DNA from: Geosiphon pyriformis uo1
Lineage: Eukaryota > Fungi > Glomeromycota
Length of the DNA stretch: 64,000 nucleotides
Direction of reading: 5' to 3'
Assembly: GCA_016748015.1 (NCBI GenBank)
Contig: JAAOMT010000135.1
Coordinates: 637,326-701,325, forward strand
In this document: positions 11,400 to 25,399 of the stretch, piece after piece
How the letters are laid out: each line of letters opens with the position of its first letter
Numbering within the stretch: the first letter of the stretch is position 1
Notes under the pieces: model-generated
What the model saw: only the letters and a program-made list of their open reading frames with translations
Told to the model about the DNA's origin: nothing
Databases searched by the model: none
Position numbers and translations under genes: made by a program

Positions 11400-14353
11400 T
11401 GTTACAAGTAATTATTTGGGATCTCAAATCAAATAACAAATCTATAACTTAGTACTAATAGCTGATATAATTGTTATAATCTGAAGATTCTGGTTGAGTT
11501 CTTTGTATAATAGACAGAGATTTAATGGTTGTTTTTAGTAGTCTTCCAGAATCATAATTCTATCAATTTTTTTCTTAGCTTGGTGGTCAGCAATCCTCTA
11601 ATAAGCAATCTGTATTTTTTTTACATGTTTTACCTATTCACAGGGGTTTTTTACCAAGCAATCCTTGACATCAATAACTCAGTGCTTTAATTTTTAATCA
11701 ATTAGTCAATAACAAGAAAAAAAAAATAAAAGAAAAAAAAAATAAAGAAATAAGCCAAAACAATAAGTATTAATATTCTATTAATAGTCATAATCAAGAG
11801 CTATTGTTCCAGTGTAGTTTAAGTATCAGTTACTATTAACATGAAGAGTTGATAGTAGAGAGTAGATTAAGATAACAAATAATTATTTATTGATATTTGT
11901 AAATTAAAAAGTTGTTTAGATAAAATCTAAACTAAGAGATCTGTCTTTTTTACTTTTAATATTATTACTATATATACATAATTGAAATTCTTCAATTCCT
12001 TAATTCTTTACACCAGGAATTCTGGAATTCCTAAAATTCTGGAATTTTGCAATTTCTTATATAAGAATTCTGAAATTTCTAAATTCTGCAATTTCTCTAA
12101 AAGGAATCCTAGAATTCCATATTTACTATAGTTACTTTTGATTGGCTAATTTATATACTAATATACTTTCTATATTCTAAGAGTAACATTATTCCTTTCT
12201 TTTAATATTGAGCTCCATCAAGATCTTCTAATTCTAATTCTCCATTTTTGGGTATTTTTTGGACTTCTTTCTTGAGAATTACTTGTGTTATCTTGTTTTG
12301 TAATTCTTCAAATTAGGCATTGATTATTTTTTCTATTTGGTTAATTATAATAGAGTTCATTGCTAAATTGAGTAAGATTTCTGGTTGGTTTTAAAATCCA
12401 ACTTGTAATCAGTAGATGGCTCATACTTGTGTGATTAGATTGTTCTTTCTTACAAATTGTTCAAGTTGTCATAATATTTTTGGATTGAATAATTATTTTG
12501 TCTTATCTGTATATAAGTTCTAAATATTCAGATGTTGTTCCAAGTGGAAATAACAAAAGTTTCTTGGAAATTATTGTGTTTACCAATTCTACATTTTTAT
12601 TGTTAACTTTTAATATGATATATCTTTTGTTTGTATTTTGATTGTCTTTTTTACTTTTGTTATTATCTTGTTAACAATGTTTTCTGGTTTTCTTTGTTCT
12701 TTGTGCTGAAGTTTTTTTTTTGTATTTTTATATTGAATGGTTTGTTGGTTAATAGTAATTTCCATATTCTGTTGTTGAATTAGTTGGAAGAGTTGTTGTG
12801 CTAACAAGTGAATATCATCAGTAATTTCTATTTTTCTGATATTTTTTGTCACATATACCATGTTTTTATATATATTTTTGGTTTGTTTAATTTGACATGT
12901 TTGGTTTAATGATTATGATTGGTTCCAAATCTCATGAAATCTCATCTGGTTGGACTAGTATTCATTGTACTCTTAATTGTAAAATATTATTGATAGATAA
13001 TAACACTATATAATGATATAGTTTTAGTCGATCACCATGTACTGCTTTGGCTAAAATTTTGTTGTCTCATCTTAATTTGTAAGCTCCATTTTCAAGAATT
13101 TCTTCTATGTAAAATAGTCTGTTTTATTTGGAGTCAAATTTTCTACTCTATTGTTTTTCTGCTTTGGTATGATGTAAAAGTACTTTGTTTCTAATTTTGA
13201 ATTCAACTGGTTTATCTGGTAGTTGGTTATTATGTCTTTTTTTTTGTTTTTCTTGTGACTTTTAAATATTATCAGCTGCTTTTCATCATTTGCTTTCTAG
13301 TATTTCTATTAAGCTATATGTTCTTCTTAACAATGTTTTTTGGAAATTGTCTTCTGTTATTGGTTCAGTTGGATACATGCTAATTTTTATTTCTACTGGT
13401 AGTGTCACTGTTTTACCATATACTAATTCAAATAATGTTGCTTGTATAGTATTTTGTCTCATTGTTTGATAAGCAAATAATACTGATAATATACACAAAT
13501 TTCAGTCATTTTGGTTTTTTTGGCTGATCTTGGCTATTGTTTTACACAATGTTCTGTTGAATCTTTTGACTAAATCATTGATTTATGGATAATATGGTGA
13601 TAAAAATGGTCTTTTGATTCCAAATCTTTGATTTAGTTCTGCTAGTGTTCTATTCACAAAGTAAGTTTCTTAATCAGATAACAATTTTTTTGAACATTTA
13701 TGTTAACAGATTAAATCTTGATAAACGAATTTGGCAATGAATTTTGCATCTGCTTTTTGAATGGCTTTTGCTTCTGGTCATTTAATAAGATAATTCATAA
13801 CTACTGCAATATATCTGTTGTTTCTGTTGGTGATTGTTAATAGTCTAACTAAGTCAATTTCAATATGATTAAATGGTTGTTTTATTTTAATTGGTCTTAA
13901 TAATTTGTTGAATCTGATTCTTTTTTTTCTCTGACAAGCATCACAATTTTGAACATATTGAATGATATCTGAATACATCAATGGCCAATAGTATCTTTTC
14001 TTGGTTTTTTTCATGGTCATTTTTTTGTAAAAATGTCCTGCTGTTGGATCTAAGTGCATATTGAACAATATTGTTTCTTTTTCCAGCTCTGTAATTATTC
14101 TGGTTGGTTAATCTGGATTTTTTTTGTTCTTTTAATAAAATATATTTTGATGGTTAATAAAATATTTTGATTGTTGTTTTATGTTGTTTTGTTTCTTTTG
14201 AGATAATTTTTTCTTGAACTGTTGAGTATTTATATAATGTTAGAGTTATTGATATTTTTGTGTATTCATCTTTTGTTATATTTTTGTTTTTAACTGTTTA
14301 GATTTTATTATATTTTTGGGTTGAAATGTTCAGATTTGTTTCATTCATAACAA
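11400..14353 (-). mobile_element. Gypsy family B copy B1, 3' part only: integrase (~13050-14280), ORF3 (12202-12861), PPT, 3' LTR 11400-12188
   Basis: LTR TGTTAC...GTAACA; purine tract AAAAAGAAAGGAATAA; integrase HHCC (MHLDPTAGHF...CDACQ) and core fragments in ORFs 13778-14068 and 13286-13498. Confidence 0.9.
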
Positions 14354-15980
14354 AAAGCCCAAAAGTTTAAAAAAATAAAAACAGTTACTTGTTTTTGCTA
14401 TTGTTACACTAAACTCTTTTGTGGTTTTTAATGAAATTTTAAATAAGATCTCTATTGTATTATTTAATACATCATTTAAGATAGGCTAAGATTAACTACT
14501 AGTTGTGTTGCCAAATATAGTTTTCTTTGGCAAATTATTGCCAATTTTAAAAACAAAGCAATTATCTTTTGTGGAGTTATCTATTCTTAAGAACTAAATT
14601 GACTAGATGAAAATTAAATCATTTTTTTTACTGGTTTTTGGTATTATTACTGATAGTACTTGAGAAACTATTACTAATTTTCAAAAGTTTACTGGATAAA
14701 TGATCTTTACTCTAATGCTTAATGCTATTTTCAAGATCAAATTGGCTCATATTAAGACTGTTTTTTAGTCTGTACATGGTTTCTTAAGTGCAAAATCAGT
14801 GTCAAAGAACAACATAAAGTTTTTTTGTGTGAAGTTTGCTTCTCAAGAATTTTTAAAAACTGTCTTTTTGATAGAATTTGTAAGCTTTGTTTATTTAGTT
14901 ACTTTTAAAATTGCCAAGTTTTTGGTAATTTTTAAATTTGGTTCTTTTTCTGCTGCTGTTGTACTATATAATGTGTCTTTAAATATGTTTGTTGTTAATA
15001 TTAAAACAGTTCTTAGTGTGTTTGATAAAGTTGTTTATGTGATGTTAAAGTCTGCTAACATTTGGCAATATGTAATTGTTTATTTTGAAAAACTGGATTC
15101 TGCTGTGTTTATCTTGAATCATTAATCAGTTTTGGTGAGTAAAGATAGTGTTAGAATCCTTTTTTTGGTAAATTAAAATAAAACTATTTTATTTTATAAT
15201 AAGTTTAAAACCAAGTTGATCAATCTTTTCTCTGACTATATTGTTTTTGAAATTAGTAATATAATTTCTTAAGTTAGTGGTCAGATGTGTTTTATTTCTT
15301 ACTTTTTTGATTTTAGTTATTATTTCTGGTTTGCTTTGGTTACATTTGAATTTCAAGTGGATTTGAATACTGCTGTAAACAAAACTAATATGCTAAGAAA
15401 ATACCATATTTAATAAAAAACTCTTGGCTATTGGCACTGTTTTAGGTATTAAAAAGTAAACTATCTGGTTGTGAATTGTAAAATGTCTTTACTTTTTCTT
15501 TTCAAGACTTCCAAAGTATTTACATTATGTTTTGTGAACTTTAAGTCTTATGTCAAAGCTTTTGCTTTTATAAGCTTTTTTGAATTTTTACTTTTAACAA
15601 CTTCTGCCTGTTTTCTGCTATTGTTGGTAATTTTTTGGTGTTGTTTTAATTATTTTTTTTGGAATTTAATCTGACTAAACTTTTTGCTTTGATTGGATCA
15701 ATTGTTAAGTCTGTTAGCTCCTTAGTTACTATGTTTAAATAATTTATTAATAGTAATTTGGTTTTAAATAGTGTTTTTAACTTTAAAATTAATAAACTTA
15801 TAGTTTATTTGAATTCTTTTAACAAAATTGTTGGTAAGTTGAGAAAAAAAGTGGTTTTATTGAAAAAAAGTACTATATATATAATATTAACATATCTGGT
15901 AATTCAGATCTTTTAGTTGGCATTAATAATGATATATTTTCTAATTTAATGTTTTTTTAAACACATAAATTTAATAATAT
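14354..15980 (+). mobile_element. ORF1-only retroposon, 5'-truncated, first part (RRM-like domains plus CCHC knuckle); interrupted by Gypsy A1
   Basis: AVVLYNVSLN..IKTVLSVFDKV..WQYVIVYFEK is RRM-like and aligns with LINE ORF1 at ~26100-26300; a degenerate CFRxxxxxxLVVNC knuckle lies at ~15435-15480; the element resumes at 24350. Confidence 0.7.
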
Positions 15981-18900
15981 TATTACAGATTGGAGTAACA
16001 AGTTAATAAATAACAAAAAAAAACAGAATTGTATAATAATAGAATGAATTAAAAAGAATTTAACTTCAAAAAATGAATTAAATAAGTATGGATTCAATAT
16101 ACAAAATTAGTTTCATAAAATATTTTAGTTGCTATTCTTTTCAAAGAATAACCAAAAAATCTGAAAATAGAGAGATAATCTGTACTGTTAATAAATGATA
16201 ATACACTGGTATAATTTTATGTCTTACATTAGTACTATTAGAATTTAATATCAGGTATCAGATATGTTCTTTAGTCATATTTTATTTAATAATCTTTAAA
16301 TACTATAATTACACAAATCAAAAAAAAATAAGAAAATACCAACAAGTAATCTTTTATCTTAAGATATTTAAATACTTGAAGATAAAAAAAGAGAAATAAG
16401 TAATATGAAAAAGATTAAGATAATAATTGTTATTTTATTTCTTTTATTTTTTACATTTGATCATATTTTTCTATAGCTAATAGACTTATTATTTATATAG
16501 TTATTAAAAGTAGTCAATAATCAGATTAATGACTAAGTTAATAATTAAGTCAATAATTAAATTAATAATTAAGTTATTAATTAGGTTAATAATTACTATT
16601 TAAAAATAGAGTAATTAATTATGTAACATTAGTAGTTAATATATGTAATAACTAATAAAAATTATGGTTTTCAATCATAATATTATCTTTCAAAAAATTG
16701 AACTTCAACAAAATCAAGTTATTTATGAAATAATCTAATTAAAAAGTTTTATCTAACTCAAAACTAACAAGTTTGTTGAAATTTTTTGTAAATAAGATAT
16801 ATAATACTTAAGATAAGATAAGTTTTATATTCAAGAGACTAAATCTTTTTATAAAAGTTTTGGCTCTTTTAGCAATAGTTAAAACTCTTAAGACATCCAA
16901 CTGTATAATGCCCAAAATTTCTACTTGTATTTCTAAAGTTGTTTTTTTATGAGCTTTATGTCTTTTATAATTTTACTAAATTAACCATAGAGTTTTAATT
17001 GTCTTTATATAACAGGTTTTTGTCTATAAGCAAAATTTCTTTAATTGTTCTTTTAATTATAATAAAAGATAATAATATGTTTGTTGTTATGTTTTCAAGT
17101 ATATATTTATCTATTTTACCACAAATTTTTTCTTTTCTAATAGTAATTTTCTTTGGTTTAATAACAGTATATGTTCTACTATTATTAGTTATGGTGATTT
17201 GTTTTCTAATGATCAGAGTAGTATTTAAATAATTTTTGATTTAATACTTATGGAAAGTATAGAAAGTATTTTAAATGGTTTGATCTAGAAAATAATTGTT
17301 CATGTTAATTAAAAATACCTTTGTTTTGGAAATGATATATTTATTTATATTTGATTTTTGCTAATTATTTGAATTAATATTACTATAGACATTGTTTTTG
17401 TCTAAATAGTATTCTAAAATTAAGTTACTAACATTTAAGAAAAGTGTTTATAAGTTGTTGTTTTTTAAGCTTTTTTTGAAACTGTTTTATCTTTTTAAAG
17501 ACAATTATCTGTGTTTTTATCAATAAGTTAAGAATAATATCAAGTTTTTTTTGCAAAATGTCTTTTTAACTTCCTATTGTAATTTTTTCAAAGAATATTG
17601 TCTCAATAACAATTTTTATTGGTAATATTGTTATTTGTTTATAAAACAAATAAAAAAGTTCATAATTTGTTATATTATAATTTACAGTTCTATAAGTAAA
17701 CAAAGCTAAAAGCAGTATTTTGTTCTATAAGTTTGTTTTTTTACTGGTTTTGGCCAAAGTTTTATATAGTGTTTTATTAAAACATTCTATTAAGTTATTT
17801 GTTTGAGACCAATAAAAAAAAGAAAGTTTATGATGTATTCTTATTTTTTTACAAAGTTTTTTAATTAGTATACTAAAAAAAGCTCTTTTTCTGTTAAATA
17901 AAAGTTTTTTGAGCAGTTATAGTAACAAATAATATCTTCATAAATAAAGTTGACAATAAAAATTGCTATTTGATTTGGAGTGGCTTTTGTTTTTATTTAC
18001 TTTATAAGATAATTAGTAGCTGTAATAATATATCTATTGCTATTAAGAATTATGATTAAAGATTTAACAACATCTATACCAATTCTGTTAAATGGTTGAT
18101 TAACAGAGATTGGATAAATATTTTTTTTTGATTGGGGGTTTTTTTTTTGGCAGATATTACAAATTTTAATATATTTAACAATGTTTTTTTCCAAAGTAGA
18201 CCAATAATAATAAGCAAGTATTTTCTAAATTGTTTTTGTTTTTTCAAAGTGTTTAGCTAATAAATTAGTATGCATGTTATAGATCACAATTTTTTTTCCT
18301 TTAAATTTAATGACTCTTTAAAAATAGTTAAAATTTTTTCTATTTCTTTTGTAAAATTGGTTCTAGTAAATCAAATAAAAATTTGATTGTTTTTACAACT
18401 GTTTTTTTTGCTGTTGAAAATAATCTAATGAGTATTGTCTTTTACTCAAAAAATTTCATTAAAGCAAAATAATTGTCCAAGTTTATTATTATGTTTGTTT
18501 AAAAAAGAGTTACTAATAATTAAATTGATTTGGTTTAAAAAAATTATACTATTACTTAATGGCAAATCTAAAAAAAATGTCAGTGTTTTGATAATAAGTT
18601 TCTTTACAATATTGTATATTATAGTCGAATTTATCCAAATAGAATATCTAGCAAGTTATTTATTTGTGTTTTAGTTTTTTTTTCTTTTACAGCTAAACCA
18701 AAACTTAATAATCTGTTATTACCAAAAATTTGGCACCAAAAAGATATTTATCCCAATAATTAGTAGCTTATATTATTGCTAAGTATTTTTGTTTAATAAC
18801 AGAGTAGTTTTGTTTTGTTGAAGAAAATGATTGACTAATATAAGCTATAACATGTTTTTTGTTATCTTTATTTTTTTAAGAGAGAACAGCATTAAATTCA

Positions 18901-21900
18901 AAGCCAGATATATTAGTATAAAGAATAAAAAGTTGATTTAGATTAGATTATATAAGAATAAATTTAGTAATTAGTTTTTTCTTTAGAGTTTTAAAGGTTT
19001 TTTGCTAATATGTATTCCAGTAATAATTAACAGTTTTTTTGGGTAGTTAATTAAAAGAAAAGGCGATTTTGAAGAAGTTTTTAACAAATTTGCAATAATA
19101 AGAGACCAAACCAAGGAAAGTATATAATTCATAAATGTTTATTAATTGTTTAATATTTTGAACTTTTTCAATTTTGGCAAAATTAAAGAATATTCTATTT
19201 TTTGTAATAAGATAACTAAAAAATTGGGTAAATTAACATTCAAAAAAAGATTTAATTAGATTGATTTTGAGACCAGTATTTATAAAGAGATCAAAAATTT
19301 TCTGCAAATGTTTAAAATATTTATTCCAGGTTTTTGAGTATATTATTATATTATCTAAGTAAATTAGAACAAAGTTTTTTTTAACTGATTTGAATATTTT
19401 GTCCATAAGGTGTTGAAAGATAGGAGGAGTATTGGTAAGACCAAAAGACATAATTGTAAATTTGTATGTACTATACTTGATAATAAAGAGTTTTTTTTTT
19501 GCTTTTTAAATTCATTTTTATTTGCCAAAATTTAGTAGTTAGATTAATAGTTAAGAAGAAAACAGCACTATTGAATTAATCTAATATTGTATTAATCTTA
19601 AAAAGTAAGTACATGTCTTTTTTAATGATAATATTTAATTGATAATAATTAATACAAAAGTGTAGAATTCCACTTTTTTTGAATATCACTACAACTGAAA
19701 AAGCTTATTTGTTCTTGGTTTTTTGTATAAATCCAAGATTTTTCATTTGGTTTATTTCTTTCTTAATAAATTTATTATTGTATTAATTAGATTAATAAGA
19801 CTTCAAATAAATAGAACAAGTTTTTTTGGTAGTAATATTATGTTGTATTACATAAGTATGTTTAAAAGTATTATTTTTTTTTGAAATAACTAGGCTGTTT
19901 CTAACCAACAGGTTTTCAATATCTATTTTTTTATTTTGAAGAGAGTTTTTTTGTTTTACAGCTAGTAATTGGATCTTAAATAGTTTATTCTCAAAAAAAA
20001 TTTGTATTTTTCTCTTAGTATTAAGCTAATTGGTTTCCAATCTTTGTAATAAATTAAACAAAACTTATATTTATTACTAAAAGAATACAATAGTTTATTG
20101 CATTAGCATCAGATACAAAGATCATATTACCAATAACTGTATTTGGCTTTTTTGTTAGGTTTATGGTCAAAAGTTTTTTTAAGTATATTATAATAAGACC
20201 AGCAGATTATTTTGCTATTTACAATAATTCTTTTTTTGTCTGCTTTAATATTATCTAGTAACTTATTATTGCTGATAAAAATAGTATAAGCAAGTTCAGC
20301 AATTTCTTTTTGTTCTTTTTTGTTTTTTTTTTTATCAGTTTTTTTATTATTTAATTTATCTAATTGTTTTTTTTTAGGCTTTATTTAGATACTGAGGGAG
20401 TTGTTTAATAGTGGTACTTAATCACAATGGGCTTTTTATAATATCTGATGATTAATTTACACAGTTTATAATCAAATAAAATTTTGGCTTTCTTAAACTA
20501 TTTATTGTTAACAATTATAATGTATTTCTTGACTTCAGATACTTTTATATTAGTTTTAATATTAATGTTATTGATGCAAACAGAAACAGCTTTGGCAATA
20601 TCCAAATTTTTTTTCTTATTTTCATATATATTAATCATAAAACAAGTTGAAAATTCATCAATTTTTCTATTAATAGCTTCAAAAAAATGTTTGACAATAA
20701 CACTAATAGATAATTTATTATCTAGAATCAGATTAAAAAGTAACTAACTATTTGGGCTTTGCAAATTAGAGAAGTAATATTGTCATTATCAGCAAGTTTA
20801 ACTTAATAAGAATGTTTGTTGATTTTTGGTGTTTTTTTTTTTATAATTAAAAATTTGTGAAGATTTTTTCTAAACTGTAAATGGATTATTAATTGGCCAA
20901 AAATAATATATACAAAAGTTTTTATGAGATTTTTAACAATAAAATAGAATCCAGATTTTTGTACAATTTTTGAAGATTCCAATTTTAGAAAGTTTTTAAA
21001 AATTTTTGCTTTTGGTGTCTTATTGTTGTTGGTGGTTAATGTAAAAGCTTTATTAGAATCTAAAGTAAAATTAATCTTGGCTTTCTTTTTTTTCTTATTA
21101 AATTAGAGAGGTTGATTGTTAGTTCATTTATATTATAATTATTATTAGTTAGATTAAAAACATAAAAAAAGTTTTTTTCTGGTTGGCTTGTACTTTGACC
21201 CTTTTAAAATGTGCTTACCAGTTTAAAAGCTAATAAATAATGGCTTTAACTAAGAGATTTTCTTTAAAAAAATTGATATTAGCATAATTAAATCTTTAAT
21301 TAGAAATATTATTGTTATTAAGTTTGTTATTCTAAATATTATTGTTTCTAAAAACTGAAGAAAACAATAGAAAATTATTACAATTTTTTAAAAAATGTCT
21401 AGTTAATCTACAATAATAGTACATAAATGGGCCACAATTTTGCTGTTTTTGATAAAAAAGCTGTTAAGACTAATTAAAACATAGTTCAAATTTGGGTTTT
21501 TGTTGTTATTAGTTATTTTTAACTGCTTATATCAAAGACTCTAATAGCCAGACTAAATTGGCTGTAAATTTGTTTATTAATTGTTTATTTGAGTCTTGAG
21601 TTTGGACAGCAAAGAAAATAACAGTTATTTGAGAAGCAGAAACTAGAATAAAAGCAGAAACAAAAACTAGTAAAGTGAATTCTAGATGCATTTTTTGATT
21701 GTTTTTTATTTTCTAAGCAAGTTCAATGGCCATGTTTATTGTGAAATTGTCTTTTAGGACCAGAAGAGACCAAAAAACATATAAAAAATTAGTTCTTAAT
21801 TCTTTTACAAAGAAATAAATTTTTTGCTCTTCTGTTCAATTTTTTTTAAAATCTACTTGTTTAATTAACTTTTTAATTATTTTGGCATATTTGGTTATAA

Positions 21901-24349
21901 CTTTACCAAAATTTTGGACTTTTTTTTCTAGTTTTGTATGGTATTTAAAGATTAAAATGAGAATTTTGAATTTGTTTTCAAACTGAGTGGTAAAAAAGAT
22001 GTTGTTTTCTCCAGTATTTGTTGATATCTATTTAATAATTTTTTGTTAGATATTGGCATTGGTTTTTTGTAAGAACCAAGTAGCAAAAGAGTCTTAAAAG
22101 TATTTACCAACAGTTTGGAACTTGTAATTAACATTATATTGGTTGGCTGTAACTGTTTTTTCAAAGTTGTCTAATTATTCAATAGGATCTTAAACATCAC
22201 TTCTAAATAATAATAATAAGATGTTGTTTTTTTGCCTTAAAGCAGTTTGTATATCTTAAAAGGTGACTAGAATATTTGTTTACATAAAATTAACAGTCAT
22301 TGGTTCAGAAGTAGTTGTTTCTGTAGAATAATCTAGTTTACTTGAAAAGAGATCAAAAACAGAAACAGTTTGGTAACTTTTTTTTTCTGTTTTAAAGAGA
22401 GTTCTAGTTAATTGATGAACAGCAATCCAAATGTGGATTTAATGATTCAGATATTCAAAATCAAAAGGCTGTTGGTCAAAAGTTGTTGAATATAAAAGTT
22501 GATTAATATAGTTGTTGTTTTTTTTAAAAGTTTTTTTAAAATAAGCCTGATCAAAGAAATAAATTATATAAGTTATATAAATTTTAATTGAATGTTTGTT
22601 TAGAAACCAGTTTCAAAAATCTTGAAATTGTTTACTGAATTGTTTTTTAACAGAAAAGCAGATCAAGCAAAAGAACAAAAAATTGAGTTCAATAAAATTT
22701 AGGTTGTTTTTGTTGTATTTTATAAAGTATTCTTCTAATTATTATGGCAGATATGAATAATTACCTATACAATAAAAAAATAAGTGAATTTTGACAATTT
22801 AATAGAGAACACCACTTTTATGTTACAGATTGGATAACAAGCTAACAGATAACAAAAAAAAACAAGATTGTATAATAATAGAATAAATCAAAAAGAATTC
22901 AACCTTAAGAAGCAAATTGAATAAGTATGGATTCAATATACAAGATCAGTCTCATAAAATATTTCAGTTGCTATTTTTTTTAAAGAATAACCAAAAAATC
23001 TGAAGGTAGAAAAATAGTTCATACTATTAACAAATAATAACACATTGATATAATTCTATGTTTTATGTTAACACTCTTAGAATTTGATATTAAGTATTAA
23101 ATATACTCTTTAGTTATATTTTATTCAATAGTTTTTATATACTACAATTACACAAATTAGGAAAAAAAAAAAAAAATACCAACAAATAATTTTTTATCTC
23201 AAAATATTCAAATACTTGAAGGTAAAAAAATAAAAATAAGTAATATAAGAAAAATTAAGATGATAATTGTTATTTTATTTTTTTTATTTCTTATATTTGA
23301 TCATATTTTTTTACAATTAAAAGACTCATTACTTATATAACTATTAAAGGCCCTCAGCCAATGCACACACTTACTTCATAAAGGCATTGTATTACCATCT
23401 GCCTGTTGCCATTTGGAAGCAACTTTATAATAGACTTTATTCCAGTGTATTGTGCTTATATTGCAGTGAAGTGGAGATGTCAGATCATGTATTCTCTTGT
23501 AGAATTGATGAGTCTGCCCACCGTTAGTTATTGGACTTCCATGTGGATTCTTAAAGAATGCTTTCTGGTTCCAATCATGCTTCTTCATGTGTGTTGCAGC
23601 TGTTGTCATCTTGCACTTCTGGTTCCTCTGTGTATATGGCTCTCTTCAAAAGTTTTGTTTTTGATGGTTGGTTCTGGGAGGCCATATTCATCTTTTGCAA
23701 TTCCAAATTGGCTGGTTTGAAAATTGTTAAGTTTGTGCACTCTCTTAGTCTAGCTTTTAGAGATGATGTTTGGCTGGTTCATGCTAAACACTATGCCTAT
23801 ATGGAAAAGCATAGTTTGATTCCTCTTGATGGTTTGGTCATCATCTCAGTTTCTGGTTTGTCTTTGGAGTTTTCTACTGGTGTAGTAAAACTGCTTGGTA
23901 TAGCTAATGCTTTTGGTATATGTTTTGGTTTTCGCAAGTCTTGTTTATTTTTTTCAGGTCTTAGTAGTTTAGTCTCAGTTTATATAGCTGCATAGTATTG
24001 TTCTGATCAGTCCGAATAGCTGGTCATGTGTAGAAAATGCATGATTTGCACCTAATTTAGATTATTTTTTTGATGTATAGTACTAGACTGTGTTTGGACC
24101 TTACTCATTAAAATAATAATAATAAAAATAGCTATTAAAAGTGATCAATAACCAGATTAAAAACTAAGTTAATAATTAAATTAATAATTAAATTATTGAT
24201 CAGATTAATAATCAAGTCAATAATCAGATTAATAGTCAAATTATTGATTAGATTAATGATCACTATCTAAAAATAAAATAATTAATTATGTAATATTAAT
24301 AGCTAATATATGTGATAATTAATAAAAACTATGGTTTTCAACTATAATA
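15981..24349 (-). mobile_element. Gypsy family A copy A1, full length and degenerate: 5' LTR 22821-24349 (with a LINE insert), PBS ~22800-22814, gag-pol ~22300-17400, ORF3 16739-17303, 3' LTR 15981-16682
   Basis: Paired LTRs; colinear with A2; RT (SFGLTNTPPIFQHLM..VLIYLDNIII) and integrase fragments; host sequence rejoins across the insertion. Confidence 0.9.
23350..24126 (+). mobile_element. 5'-truncated LINE (ORF2 C-terminal Cys/His knuckle, 3' UTR, (TAA)n/A tail) inserted in the A1 5' LTR
   Basis: TYFIKALYYHLPVA..CLYCSEVEMSDHVFSC; homologous to 47430-48217; flanked by a ~12-bp TSD-like pair ATAACTATTAAA / ATAGCTATTAAA. Confidence 0.85.
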
Positions 24350-24598
24350 GTACTAAAACTGATCTCTTAAAAACAGTTAAGTGACTGGTTGGATTAATTT
24401 TTTATAGTGTTAAATTATTTGATATAATTCAAAAAATGTTGGCTTTAGATAAGTTTACTTTTATTGTAATAATATAGTATAGTTTAAACTGATTTAAGTA
24501 ATTGGTTACATATAGAAAGTGCATGAACTATACTTAATTTGTTTTAAAGTACTAGATAGTAGTTAGATTATATTTGTTAAATTTAATAAAAAAAAAAT
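24350..24598 (+). mobile_element. ORF1-only retroposon, 3' end (ORF1 stop, LINE-type tail, poly(A))
   Basis: Continues the sequence that stops at 15980, as the uninterrupted copy at 10640-10930 (-) shows. Confidence 0.7.
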
Positions 24599-25399
24599 TC
24601 AATTACTACTTAGTATAATACAATACAATATATTTTAAATTATATCTAATTTATGCATTTTTTACATATAACCAGCTACTTAAACAAGAATTTATTAAAA
24701 CTATTATTATTTATTTTAAAAAATTTAACAAATTACTTAAAATTATTATTATTTATTTTAAAAGATTTAATAAATTGCTTAAAAAAATCAAGTAATTAAA
24801 AACCAATAATTATTATTTTAATATATAAATTTTTAACTAATTTATTGCAAAATTAGAAAATAAATTTATTAAAAAATGAAATAATTGTTATTTAATATAT
24901 TAAAAATAAATTACACAAAATATGTTAATTTAATTATTATTATAAGTAATAATTTTTAGTATTTAACTTATATAAAATCAGTTTTTAAAAATTTATTACA
25001 GTTTAAAAGTTTTTTGTTTTTTATTAATAATTTTATTTATAAAGTTTTTTTATAAAAAACAAAAATATTAAAACTTTTTATAAATAATAAGATTTTTTAT
25101 ATTTGTAATAATTTTTATCTTATACTATTTAATTATAGAATTTGGTATTGTTTTTTTATTTTTTTAATAAGCTGTAATTTTAAAATAAAAATACTTAAAA
25201 TTTAAAAAATTTAACACAAAAAAATTAAAAATACTTAAAAAATTAAAAAATATATAAATAATTAATATTTAACACAAAAATTAATATATAAACTTCTTTT
25301 TTTCTTATGTTTAAAATTTTCCAAAGAGCTTATTTTTGAAAAAAAAGTTTTTAATTTTTTTTGTTGTTTTTTTTTTAATATTTTTTAACTTAATAACTT

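Noticed and set aside
23350-23420. 5' inversion (twin priming) in the truncated LINE
   Set aside because: The segment translates colinearly with the LINE at 47430-47500.
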